This document shows, one piece after another, positions 43,830 through 61,103 of a DNA stretch of 64,000 nucleotides. The translations under genes were made by a program, and so were the position numbers. Source of the DNA: Spizellomyces punctatus DAOM BR117 (taxonomy: Eukaryota). A model generated the notes under the pieces. It was given only the letters and a program-made list of their open reading frames with translations. It was not told where the DNA came from and did no database searches. Position 1 is the stretch's first letter, and every line of letters starts with the position of its first letter. The DNA lies in assembly GCA_000182565.2 (NCBI GenBank), contig KQ257451.1; one strand, 5' to 3'.

Positions 43830-44739
43830 CTATTTGTTGAGGACAATACCATCGAACTAGAATGAAAAAACAATCAATTAGTTGGACAGATGTGATGCTA
43901 CCAACACAGCGCTGACGTACCCGGCGCTTGAACCAGTTGATAGTCTCCTCCTTGTTGACACGGTGGGGCGCGCCAACACGTCCAGCCTTGTGCTTCTTCC
44001 GGGCGATACGGTGACCGGGGCGACCCATGACAACGTAAAAGTCCATACCGTAAATACCAATCGAGGGGTCGTATTTGATACCCAAGTCAATGTGTTCCTG
44101 GATACCGAAACCGAAGTTTCCGGTTGCCGAGAAGTTGCGAGCCTTGAGCTCGTACTCGAGCACCTTCAACCCACGCTCCAAGATCTCCTCTGCCTTAGGA
44201 CCACGGACAGTGCAGTGCACAGCAATCTTTTCGTTACGACGGATACCGAAGGTACGAACTGTGTAACGGGCCTTCGAGTAGACGGGCTGCTGACCGGTAA
44301 GCTGCTCCAGCACCTTAGCGGCACGGGTCAATCTGTCACCAGACTCGCCGACACAGATGTTGAGGCAAAGCTTCTCGAGACGAAGCTCGCGCATGGGGTT
44401 TTGCTTGCCGGCTTCTTCGGTCTGACGAAAAGAAGCAAGTTAGCAAATGGACCAAATGCACATCGATCCAAGTTTCGAATTTGCTCAATCCCTTCGCTCT
44501 ACATCGCCTTTATTCCCAACAGAACTCTTCATCTCAGCGTTCACCCCAGCCTCCCGCGAGCAGACTTTGGAAATGGGCCTGAACATGGTTGGCAGGTCGA
44601 CCAATGCAGCTTCATTCCTCCGTCAACAATCCATCCATCCATCCATCCATCGAGCACGCTCCTTCCGCTATCATCGGTCCATCCATTTGCATTCAAACTG
44701 TCTCTCCAAGCGAACGTTCACCATTCTACAACTCACCAT
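43830..44739 (-). CDS. RPL11: 60S ribosomal protein L11 (uL5); the coding part of exon 1 is the ATG only
   Basis: [53 protein letters not shown] at 44739-44731; last exon FDGIVLNK*. Confidence 0.98.
44629..44650. repeat. (ATCC)n microsatellite in RPL11 intron 1
   Basis: atccatccatccatccatccat. Confidence 0.9.
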
Positions 44740-44840
44740 GGCGGATGTTCGCTGATGATCGAGGCCAATTGGCAGTTGTTGTCAGTCCACTAGTTCTGCG
44801 TATGCGGGCGTCTGCTGGAAGGTCGATTTTGCACAGATGG

Positions 44841-44866
44841 TCACGTGGTCTAACGCAATCACGTGA
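44841..44866. promoter_or_regulatory. Paired E-boxes (TCACGTG) in the RPL11/ARP10 divergent promoter
   Basis: TCACGTGG at 44841-44848 and TCACGTGA at 44859-44866, about 100-125 bp upstream of the RPL11 ATG. Confidence 0.5.
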
Positions 44867-45315
44867 TAGCATTCAATGGGTCAACTTCCTCGGCCAGCGA
44901 TTTTGGAAAGACGACGACGGGAGTGTCGAAGAGCAAGCAGTAAAGATCCCCGCTCTAAATCACATTAAACAAGTAACAAAGATCTGTCATGGTTTGAGCG
45001 TATTTGACCATGATCGGATTACCATGTCATAGGTAGTGGCGATAAATTAGCACGCTATTACTCCCTTCCATGCAAGATGTTTTTCTTCCTTTCCCACATT
45101 CTGTACTGGACCTTCCGGCAGTGATTACAAGATGTTGCAAGCAAAGACGAAGAAAGATAATTGTGATATCGCCTTTGAATCCACCAAGAGCTTTCATCGT
45201 AAGCAGCTAAGCCACCCAGCCACACGGGACAAGAGGTGTGTCCGCGAACGATAACTTCCCTAGATCGCTCCCATGCAACCAACGTTCTAGCGCCCTCCTT
45301 GCAGAAAAAGGGATC

Positions 45316-46974
45316 ATGAGTAGTTTCCTTCGTCAAAGGTCCATTTATGCCACAGAAGATCGAATTGTTTTCGACATTGGTTCCATCTACATAAAGTGCG
45401 GGTTCTCAAATGAGCCACAACCACGTCATATCCTGCCAACCTGCACACCGATAGCGTACGCAGACTCAACAGAAGGATGTCGTATCGGTGGCAAGGTAAT
45501 TGGGTACTGCTTATCTGCGAGGGGAACTTTTTTGGGTGTTGCTGGAATTTGAAAAGCTTACCAGCTGACCGTGGCGGAATGCTGCTTTAGCTGGAACCAC
45601 TGTGGGATCTCAACATCACGCCAACTGAACTGGGATATATGCGACGAAGATTATCACAAGTGCTTCGAGATGCATATTACAAGTAAGCACTGCCAGAGCA
45701 ACGTGGATTGTTGCTATCTAGCTGTAACACAACATCTGTAGGTACCTGTTGATAGATCCCAAGACGCGCAAAGTGATACTTTGTGAGAGTCCGCTGTTGC
45801 CATTACCGATCAAGCAGACAATTGCCGATATTCTCTTTACTGAGCTAGAGGTTTGTATTCCTTGCAGGAGGTTTATATAATACTATTTCTACTCACAAAG
45901 TCCAGCAACATTCAAGATCCCGTCCTTAACCTTTGTCCCCTCTCCATTGGCTGCCCTTTTAACCGTCGGTAAATTGACAGGTCTAGTTATAGACTGTGGT
46001 AACCTTGAAACGAGCATTGTACCTGTGAGTTCTTATTACTAACGTGTACATCTCGATCACCCCGCCATGGGCTAATTGCACGTCATAGATCTATGAAGGG
46101 AGACCCCTGATCTATTACATTGAGTCCCTGCCTTTAGCAGGTCGATCAATAACAGAGCGTCTCAAATTGCTGGTTAAGCATCATGGCCGCCTGCTACAAC
46201 ATGAGGATGAAGAATCTGACGTGCTATTACCAGAAGATTTACTCGACTCCCTTCCGCTGGACTTTTGGGAGGAAATCAAGGCTCAAATGTGCCTTGTGGG
46301 CGATCGACCGTCAGCAACCGATATCGTCGACGGCACAACAAGTCGAACCACTGCGGGAGAGTACACACATATGCAATATCATAGCTCTGCTACTTCAATG
46401 GTGCATCGCATCAATGTTACCGATAGGATGTGGGTCCCTGGCTGGGTCCGGGAGCGAGCGACTGAAGTCCTTTTCGAAGGAGATGATGATGCGAGATCCA
46501 TAGCCACCATTGTGGCTGATGTTATGCTTAAAGTACGTGACGGCAATGTGCATATCGCCGTGTTTCAAGGGCAACATGTTGAAACTTTTAATGTAGTGCC
46601 CCGCAGACATTCGGACCGAGCTAGCACAGACGATTCTGCTCATAGGAGGCACTAGTATGCTGCCCGGGTTCCAGCGAAGGCTGCAAGAAGAAATCATGCA
46701 CGCATTGGAAGACCTAAAGCAGTATCAGAAGCTGAGGAGACTTGCTATTAAAGTCAAAATTGTACAATCGGTCTTCGCGCCGAATAGTATGGCATGGGTT
46801 GGTGGTTAGTAGTGTGGATGTGTGCTTGGGACTTCTCCTCTCTTGGACTCAACGCACTTCCCTGCAGGATCCCTGGCAGGTGCTCTGAAGGTCGGTGGGA
46901 AGGAAATACTTAGGACGGCCCCATCAATACCGGATTGGACACACTTACCTAATGGAGCAGAAGCTGAACGCTGA
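45316..46974 (+). CDS. ARP10: Actin-related protein 10 (dynactin Arp11/ACTR10-like), multi-exon
   Basis: EDRIVFDIGSIYIKCGFSNEPQPRHIL; YLLIDPKTRKVILCESPL; GLVIDCGNLETSIVP; IGGTSMLPGF; AWVGGSLAG; IPDW terminus. Confidence 0.85.
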
Positions 46975-47174
46975 CCTACATATTATGTTACATCAGGGTT
47001 CCACATGCTTCGATTACAACGGCATATAGATACAGAAACCTTTATTTCTATTTATGACCCGCAAAAACATTTACAAAATACAATATTTTCTTTGACCTTC
47101 CTCGGCTTCTTCGCGAAGTAGTGCGACGGATTGCCGACACAAAACCGACACCATGACTTCATAAATAATAAAGT

Positions 47175-49712
<2,538 letters not shown>

Positions 49713-49942
49713 GTTGTCGTTCTGGTTAGACGAAGGGATGCAAGAACTGATGGCAAAAGGATGGGAAGAGGATGGGAAGAATAGCTTTTCGTTTGTTCCG
49801 CAGTTTGGCGATTCAACGCGCCTCCTTTTTTTTTCTTTGTAGTCGATTATGTAAAGTCATGTGACTTGCATATGTAAGCCAAATTCCGATCATGTTTGGG
49901 ATGGGCGGGAAACGTATTTTGCAAGACGGCCGTTGAATAGAA

Positions 49943-52794
49943 ATGGACAAACGGGAGGTTTCCGGTGCTGCTATTGATTCCAGACTGCAAGCAGCGGACA
50001 TACCCGCTCGTCCTGGACGGCTTATAAAAAAATGGAGTTTGATTGACACGGCTGAAGCTGGGGACGTCTCTCAAGTTCCTTCAGGTCCATCGTCAGTGCA
50101 CAAATCGAAAGACAAGGGCAGTGATTTGGAGGATAGTGGAAGGCAAGATTCTGACAGCGATCCAGACGAGTGGCGAGACACTATCCGGAGAGATGCTGCT
50201 CACAGCAAAGGTCTCGTTCACCACAAGGATGACATTGAGGCATCTATTGACTCTCCCAGGAGTAGCAGCAGCAGCGCTTCTAACGTTACAGTAAAACCAA
50301 AAATACCTGGCGGGGCCTTTTTTGATCGATTACCCCCACTCCGAGAACTTTCGGCTTTGTTGTTTCCTGATACTGATCTGCCATCCTTGCCGAAGCCATT
50401 GGCACCAAAACCTCAAGAGCACCGAAGAACCCACAGACGAAGAACGTCAAATCAAACAGATTACTGGTCAGAGTTTCAATTGAGTAAATCTCAATATCTT
50501 CCAGGAACGTTGGAGTCAGTCATTCCAGACGTCCATTTACCACGCGTCGTCTATTTGATACGTGCAATGTGTATGCTGTGCATCATGCTCTTGGTAAGTC
50601 AGGATACACATAGGAAAAACAGCAGCGTCAAATTGCCATGCAAATAAATCTCTATTTAGATATCCGGATACTACGCAGCGGTGTCCACGATCCCCATAAA
50701 GCAAGTTTATGATGGGCAAGGGTCTGCAGCTGGAGAATTGCGAGCTTTAGTCCATGTATTCTTGATGACGACTGGGATGGGCTACTATGGATCATTGTCG
50801 CTCAGTACCGGGACGGGCTTGCGGGCAACATTCACGCACTTTTGGCGGGTACATGTCCCCCCATTACTCTTTGGGGCGATATGCAGCGGAGTGTGCTGGG
50901 TGACAATGGTGACCGGAAACTGGCCTTTACCGCTTCAGTCATTCATCTATATGCTCCTGTAAGTATGGAAGATAGCACCAGGGGTGATAATCCATCTCTT
51001 TGTGCCTCATGTATTCCCGCACTAGTTTCCCGCCCACAATTGCCGTCTTTGTTTACTGGAGCATTCCGGCAAGAGATCGAGACGTATCAGGTGTAATCAA
51101 ATTATTTATTAAGCGAGCAATGGTATTTTGGTAGGTGTCGATAATTTTGTATTCATTGGCTCTCGCGTTATCCATCGACACTATCATTCTCTTTTGGCTT
51201 CCAATAGTCTCTTACCGACTTTGTTCTACCTGTGTTCCGCCCTGTTCATGTGGGCGATGACAGTTAATCTGCATCATCCCGTACGACAAATAGTCTCGTT
51301 GACTGCGTACAGGGCTGTCACCATCCTTTTCTCCGCACTATGTCAGTTCCTGGGCAATGCTGTGACGAAAAGAAGAAACCCAGAAAGTATGGCAGCTGCA
51401 ATTGCTCGATAAAGCACATCGATTGATCTTATTGACACGGTCTTCATGTAGTCGGATCTCTGATGAAATTGTAAGTGGCTTCTCTGCTGTGCTCCCTGTT
51501 CGAAAACAGTCGTCTGATAGCGATTCTCCGGACCATAACCATCAAGTATCATCATGTAAGTACAAATTCTTGGAATAACTTCTTGATAATGAGAACTAAG
51601 TTGAACCGATGCATGCAAAGGTATGTTCAGGAAGTCTTTGTTCGTCTCGCTACACCATCACTGGGAACAATTTGGGTGTTTGCCGGAAGGTACGGGACTT
51701 TTGACGTTGTGAGCTAGCCACTGCACAGGTGCTGAAATACACTGGGTCCTTGAAGTTTGGTACTTGAAGCAGTGAACATGTCGCTCCCCTTGTTCGCAAC
51801 CCATACTTTTGCAAATAAACGGATTCAGGTGAGCTTATCATATGAAACCATTACCCATCGTATTACATGCTGATGCAATGTCTTCGGCCGCGAAGAGCCT
51901 AAATGACCTCTGCACTCGCATTGTCTCAACAGGATCTAGAGACGTTCGCCGTCTTTATGCAAGAAAGACACGCTCTCGGTTTCGGAGCATGGGGCGCCTG
52001 TCCAGGCGAAAAGTAGACCCAGCTGCCGACTCGAATACATCTTGCGCCGAAGGTAAAGGCTCCAGCGGGACAGTCGCTCCGGAGAAACGGTTAACTGTGG
52101 ACAGTATGAGTGAGGCCGCATTGGTGCTGGATGTAGTAGTACCAATGGACCTAAGCTCGACGTTGACGAGCAACCCCGTGGTTTGCGAAGCTGTGAAAGT
52201 AAGATTTAGACCCCTAGTTTGAGACCACTCAGGTCGGCTTATGTCGCAACCTCTTTCAGACCTACTTCTTTTGCTTCGTGGCGAAGATAGCAAGTTTCAT
52301 TACCTTCGGCACTGCGTATCCCGCATTTGTTTGGGGTCCGAATTTTGAATGGTATCAGGTGTGTGGATTGGCCCACCAATCTTCGTTCCACATTTGCAGC
52401 CCCTTCATGTCAGATTATGCAGGTTCCAGGGGAGATTGCAAACTCACCGACCAAAACTCTCATCTATCTCGGCATACATACGTTGCCCGTCATACTACAC
52501 TGTATTTTATCAACTGTGTATCTTCGCCGGTCGTGTGGATTGGATATGTTTGAGTACGGACTTGGACTCCTCCATTACTACATTGAGTTTTTCACAGGCG
52601 TTGCGTTTGCTGGACCGGCGTTTCCACATACCAGTGAGTATCGTGGGTTAGAAGAAGATTTGGAGACTTTTATTAACTACTCTGTTGTGCATTTGCAGTG
52701 CTTGGATGGCATTGGAATGTCCTGTCGTTCTTCCAGCAAACTGTGGCATAGAATGCAGGGGGATCAATATTCTAGGCTAGTTGAATGTATCTAA
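49943..52794 (+). CDS. Uncharacterised multi-pass membrane protein with a disordered N-terminus (multi-exon, tentative model)
   Basis: Chain of + strand ORFs joined by GT-AG introns with several hydrophobic segments; family not recognised. Confidence 0.55.
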
Positions 52795-52848
52795 CCAATA
52801 TGGGTATCAGAGCTGCGGCTTTCCACCATTAGAGTCTTTTCGCGGTCA

Positions 52849-53705
52849 TTATCTGCTTCCCAAAGTTCTTCGAGCCGCAAGCGTATCTCTGTAAAAATGA
52901 AGACGTGTGACCCACCACGAAACACCCATCAGCCCGAATCCCAGCAGAATTATCGACACCCCAGTTTTAATAGGATGGACGATGGGATCCACATATTCTG
53001 GAAAGAAATCATATGGCCAGTCCCATTTCAAAAGAACCCGGTAGGTCCATACCCAGAGTATGAACCCTAGGGTGAAAACTATAGAAAATGACACATTGCG
53101 AGGGGTGTGCACGTATTTCGATCTTGAGAGAAAAAGATCGCATAACACGAGTACCATGTTGAGAGCATGGGAGCAAAACAGGGAGAATGACTCGAAACTT
53201 GACCGAGTTGCCGGGGATGCCAGTACGAGCCAATATGTAAGAGATACTGGCCAATGAATTGTTTGCGTAATGGCATACGTCAATTGATGGAGGGATGTTA
53301 TGCGTAAAACATGGTCGTCCGCTGAGTGGTCGAGTGTTGTCAAGGACTTTGTGATATATAGCTCAAGCTTTGGCACAAAGTTGACGCACGGAGATCATAA
53401 CACGTCAGGGTCCAGTCTCGCACCCTGCGAGATCGGTACTGCAATACAAAACTTACCGCTAAATGAATGCAAAGCATGAGCCATGCGAGGTTTGTGTAGA
53501 ATTGCACAAAGTCTACGGGGTCGACAATGACCCTCACCAGTGCAAAACCCCATGCAAAACTGGCTTGGACAATACGCAAGCGAAAAAGCAATTGAGCGTC
53601 AATAAAATGTGACGAACATGCAAGGCGTAGAGGCGTCGTGATAGGCTCATGAAGCAAGAATGGATGCAAGGGCGATGTTGCTGTCGTCGTCGTTGCATCG
53701 TCCAT
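52849..53705 (-). CDS. FAR-17a/AIG1- or rolling-stone-like multi-pass membrane protein (2 exons)
   Basis: FVQFYTNLAW; VSLTYWLV; HALNMVLVLCDLFL; WPYDFF; GTAAGT intron donor near 53456 joins the two ORFs. Confidence 0.7.
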
Positions 53706-53928
53706 GTTGGCAACTTGTGCGTTTTAAGGTTGAAAGACGATTAGAGGCTTTTTGTGTCCCCGCCGCTTACATGAGCGCGGTGGTACCAGCAACCCGAAAC
53801 GACCCAGCGGGAGGTGTATCGGATAATACATTCCCACTGGAAAATCTTGCCTTTTTCACCCGCTACTTGGCAATCCTTTGGACTGACCGTTCCTGCTTTT
53901 AGCAGCCGACTAGCGGCGAACAGCGAGC

Positions 53929-57473
<3,545 letters not shown>

Positions 57474-58279
57474 ACTTTTGTCATTTCTTGCAAGAGCCGA
57501 ATTAACATGACGTTGTTCCTCTAGTTTCGTATGAACATTTGGGTGTAAGTTGACGCGTGGCGCATAGAATCTCCTGGATTCGCTAGTTTCCAGAGCAAGC
57601 AAATGCGTGGAGGTCTCTTGGGACAATACCAATTAACGTATCATTTTCTCTTCTCTTCTTCCGCTTTTTTCTTTTCTTTTTCCTTCTCTTCCCTTTTTTT
57701 TTATATACATGTTACGATATCGGCGGGGTCGGTTTTCCTTCGGATTTCTCATTGTTTCATTTCCCTTTTTCTTTCGGCGAAATATACCATTCGGTGTCAC
57801 GGCGATCTATAGTCACAGTTTCTACCTCATTCTTTTGGTCAGTTTGATCTGGGCAAAACCATTTTCATTACAATAGACGGATTGGGTCATCACGACCATA
57901 GGACGATTTCGAGAAGTAGATGGGGGAGGTACCTATTATTGTACGAGTGTTTATATCCTGTATATTTTAGCAGCTACTTTTATTTTTTTTTTGCATCAAG
58001 GATGGGCGAAGATGGGTCAGCTCTGGAGCTGTGTATAGATTGTCACTGGCGCACTGTTTCATTTTATCATAATACAATCACCTCATAGTGGAAAGGGAGA
58101 TCTGGGGAAATGGCGTAAGCATTTTGCGGAAATGCATTGCACGAGATGTTTAGTGACAGTCTTTATTATCTAATAGCTAATTGCACAATAACCATATGGC
58201 ATTTAAGACTAGGTTTCTAATAGTCGGGACCAGCCCATATCAACATCATAGAAAGGGTGACATTGTCAGCGCGCAACGC

Positions 58280-59620
58280 TCAGTAATCGGACGGGCTGTT
58301 CCTTGTGTAGTGTGGCTTTGGTGGAGCATTGTAGTATTCCGACGGCTGTCTGGTAGGCGTGGGTTGCCTAGGCACCTGAGAAGAATATGCCGATTGCCTA
58401 GAAGGGCTCAATCGAGAAGGGCTTCCTCGAAATTCTGATCCGCCAGTCGCATAAACAGGGGTGGTGGACTTGCTTTGTTGTACCAAGTTGGTGTGGGCGT
58501 TCCAAAGATCCCGTTGAGCTCTGCGTCGACGAGTGATGACGACTCCACCGACGATCGCAACGGCCAATACCACCGCCCCGCCCACTGCAATGCCCGCGAT
58601 CACTGCTGTTGAAGGAGCACTGCTTGAAGACGAAGAAGCAGATGTGTTTGCACTGCCAGCGGCGGTTGGTGAGGGAGAGGCAGATGGCTGAGATTTAGGA
58701 GCGGTCACCGTTGGATTGCTCAGATCCAGAACGTTCATGTTTAGCATTGAACAGCAAGGGTCGGTTCGGTTGTTTGTCGCGCAATAGGAGGTTGCAAGAT
58801 TAAGATCTCTCTGAGTCGTTCCGAATCCTTTAATAAGCGAGTCAGCATTGATTCATCACAAAAGTTTCGCATTCTGGATATTTTGAAAACTTACCACAAT
58901 TGTTCAACTCAAATGTGGCGGTGACGCACTTTTTAATGTTCTCGTCAGTGGTTGCAGGAAGAGCTTTGTCGACGATAGCAAAGAGAGATCTGATTTGAGT
59001 CAGTTTGGCGTCGGGACATTTGGTTGTGTTTGTAAATGCTTGCATGCCAGAGTCCTGGAACCTAATCCAGCATGTTAGTAAAGCGGTTCAGCACGTCCGA
59101 TGGCTTCGTACTAACAATTTCCATGCATCTGGGCATACGAGTCCCGTGGGAGAATTTCCGGAACACTTGTTTGATTGTTGCGTCAAGTAGCCGCATAAAG
59201 CCGTCAACCGATACCGCCAGCCACTTCCATCCCAAGCTGGGCAACCAAAGTACTGATACATGCCGTTATCTTGTTGGGCACCCGGAATCATCATCCTAAC
59301 TAATGCGGCATCCAATTTGCCAATACTGTCGACGCCCGTCAAGTTCCACTGACATCCAAGGTATTCAGGATGAGTAAGGTTTGTCGAGAAAGCCAATTCA
59401 AACTGCTCTATATCCAACTTACGTTCCAGAACGGTCCGGCTACGTCTCTAGCCATGCGCAAATCGATCATTTGACCCGCAAAGTCTCCACAGAGACGAGA
59501 GTCCGCGGCGGCAACGCATTCTGGCGGGGCACCAGTTGTGTTTGTTGGAGTTTGAGCGACTGCATATGGCGAGAAGGCAGCCAAGGCAGCCAGCGAGAGG
59601 ATTATGGGAGATGAGATCAT
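58280..59620 (-). CDS. Type I membrane protein: signal peptide, Cys-rich ectodomain, Ser/Thr stalk, TM helix, short cytoplasmic tail
   Basis: MISSPIILSLAALAAFSPYAVAQ; many Cys; AVIAGIAVGGAVVLAVAIVGGVVITRRRR. Confidence 0.8.
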
Positions 59621-61103
59621 TGTGAGCAATGCCGTATTAGGTTCCGTATGTGCGTTTGGCGAGCAACGACAAAAAACAGAGGCCAACCGAGAAAGGCTGA
59701 CACCTCAAAAGCGCCTTGTTGTCGTGTCCGTTCATAACCTGCGTTTGGTGCGGAGCGCAGCCGACTTTCAAACCCCGTGAGTTGTCCAACTAAAAACGGT
59801 CCAATTGTCGTGTAAAAACAGAAGGAAAAATAAAATAATTTCCTTCTTGAAGAAGCAATTTAAGTTTCTGATCGGACCTTCACGTAATCATATTGCTATG
59901 GAGATGGAATTCAGGTACAGTGACTAGAGATCTTGTAGTGGCACAGTGATGATGATGATGGAATTGGAGCTGCTCAACGGGGGTTGTTGACCATCCACTC
60001 ATCCAGACTACGAAGCAGTTCTTTTGCCAAAAAGGCGACGAGCAGTCGGGCAGTACATTTCCAGAAAACGAATCTCTAGATAGCTTCTCTATTTTATACA
60101 GTACCCGCTTGCAACATGTCTGCTCAACAACCCATAACATCTCGTATCGCGTCCTATGTCGGGAGCAAAGAGTTTAGAAGCTATTTGATGAGGTAGGCGA
60201 GCGGTGATAGCCCCGTTTGTGGGTAGGGGATCCAACCACTTTGGTTCATTACCTGTGTGCGTACCATTTCTAACTGATTCTGTGTGCTCTCCTCAATCAT
60301 TCTTCAGCACGGTAAGTTTGAGAGTGAACGCGAGTTTAACGAAGCTGTTTGCCAATTGTCCTCGTATGTAGCATTTTTGGGGTCCCGTTGCAAACTGGGG
60401 TCTACCGCTAGCTGCTATTGCCGACACAAAGAAATCACCAGAGTATATTAGTGGAAAGATGACAACCGGTACGGCTTTTAACGTTCGCCTTGCAAAAACT
60501 GAAGTGCACCCGCTCATCTTGAACATCTTCCTGTCCACTAGCGCTGACACTGTATTCCCTTCTGTTCATGCGATTTGCTTGGATGGTGCAACCACGAAAT
60601 TACCTCTTGCTTGCTTGCCACGCCACAAACGAGGCATGTCAGCTGGTACAGGGATACAGGTTCATCAATTGGCATCAGTAAGTAATACCATTAGAAACCG
60701 GCCAAACCCATGCGAAGCTAAGATTGAGCCGTTCAATATTTTAGCATGGGAGGTAAAGAGGCAGCGATGGCCACGGAACAGAAGCCGCCTTTGCACTCTT
60801 TGTAGATATACAATTGGCTTATAGACTAAGCTACATACCATTACAATCTATATTGTGACGTTGCGCTTCACTGTATTAGATTTGTAAGTGCACATGGCCG
60901 GAAACCGGTGCGTTTCCTTGTATTTCACCTACTGTACGATGATTATGCCGTATTCCAGAAGCAAGGGCATTACAATTGAAAATTGCTTTCTATTCACTGG
61001 TTTTCTCCAACCGCCGTAAAAATATTTGTACAGGATGCATCTCCAATCCAAAAGATAATACATCTCACGAAAATCACTGGACCAGGAGCGACCAATGTCC
61101 AAT

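Noticed and set aside
44422-44736. Possible snoRNA in the 315-nt RPL11 intron 1
   Set aside because: Only a degenerate C box (CGATGA) and a distant CTGA; no terminal stem or recognisable guide; needs an Rfam/snoscan run
43882-44793. 303-aa + strand ORF antisense to RPL11
   Set aside because: Shadow ORF expected from strong codon bias in a ribosomal protein gene; non-ATG start and no recognisable motifs
53340-53460. Apparent frameshift between the two minus-strand membrane ORFs
   Set aside because: Explained by a canonical GTAAGT...AG intron with a CTGAC branch point
59700-61100. Short ORFs of 76-121 aa in the intergenic stretch
   Set aside because: No recognisable motifs or coherent splice structure; likely promoter and UTR sequence
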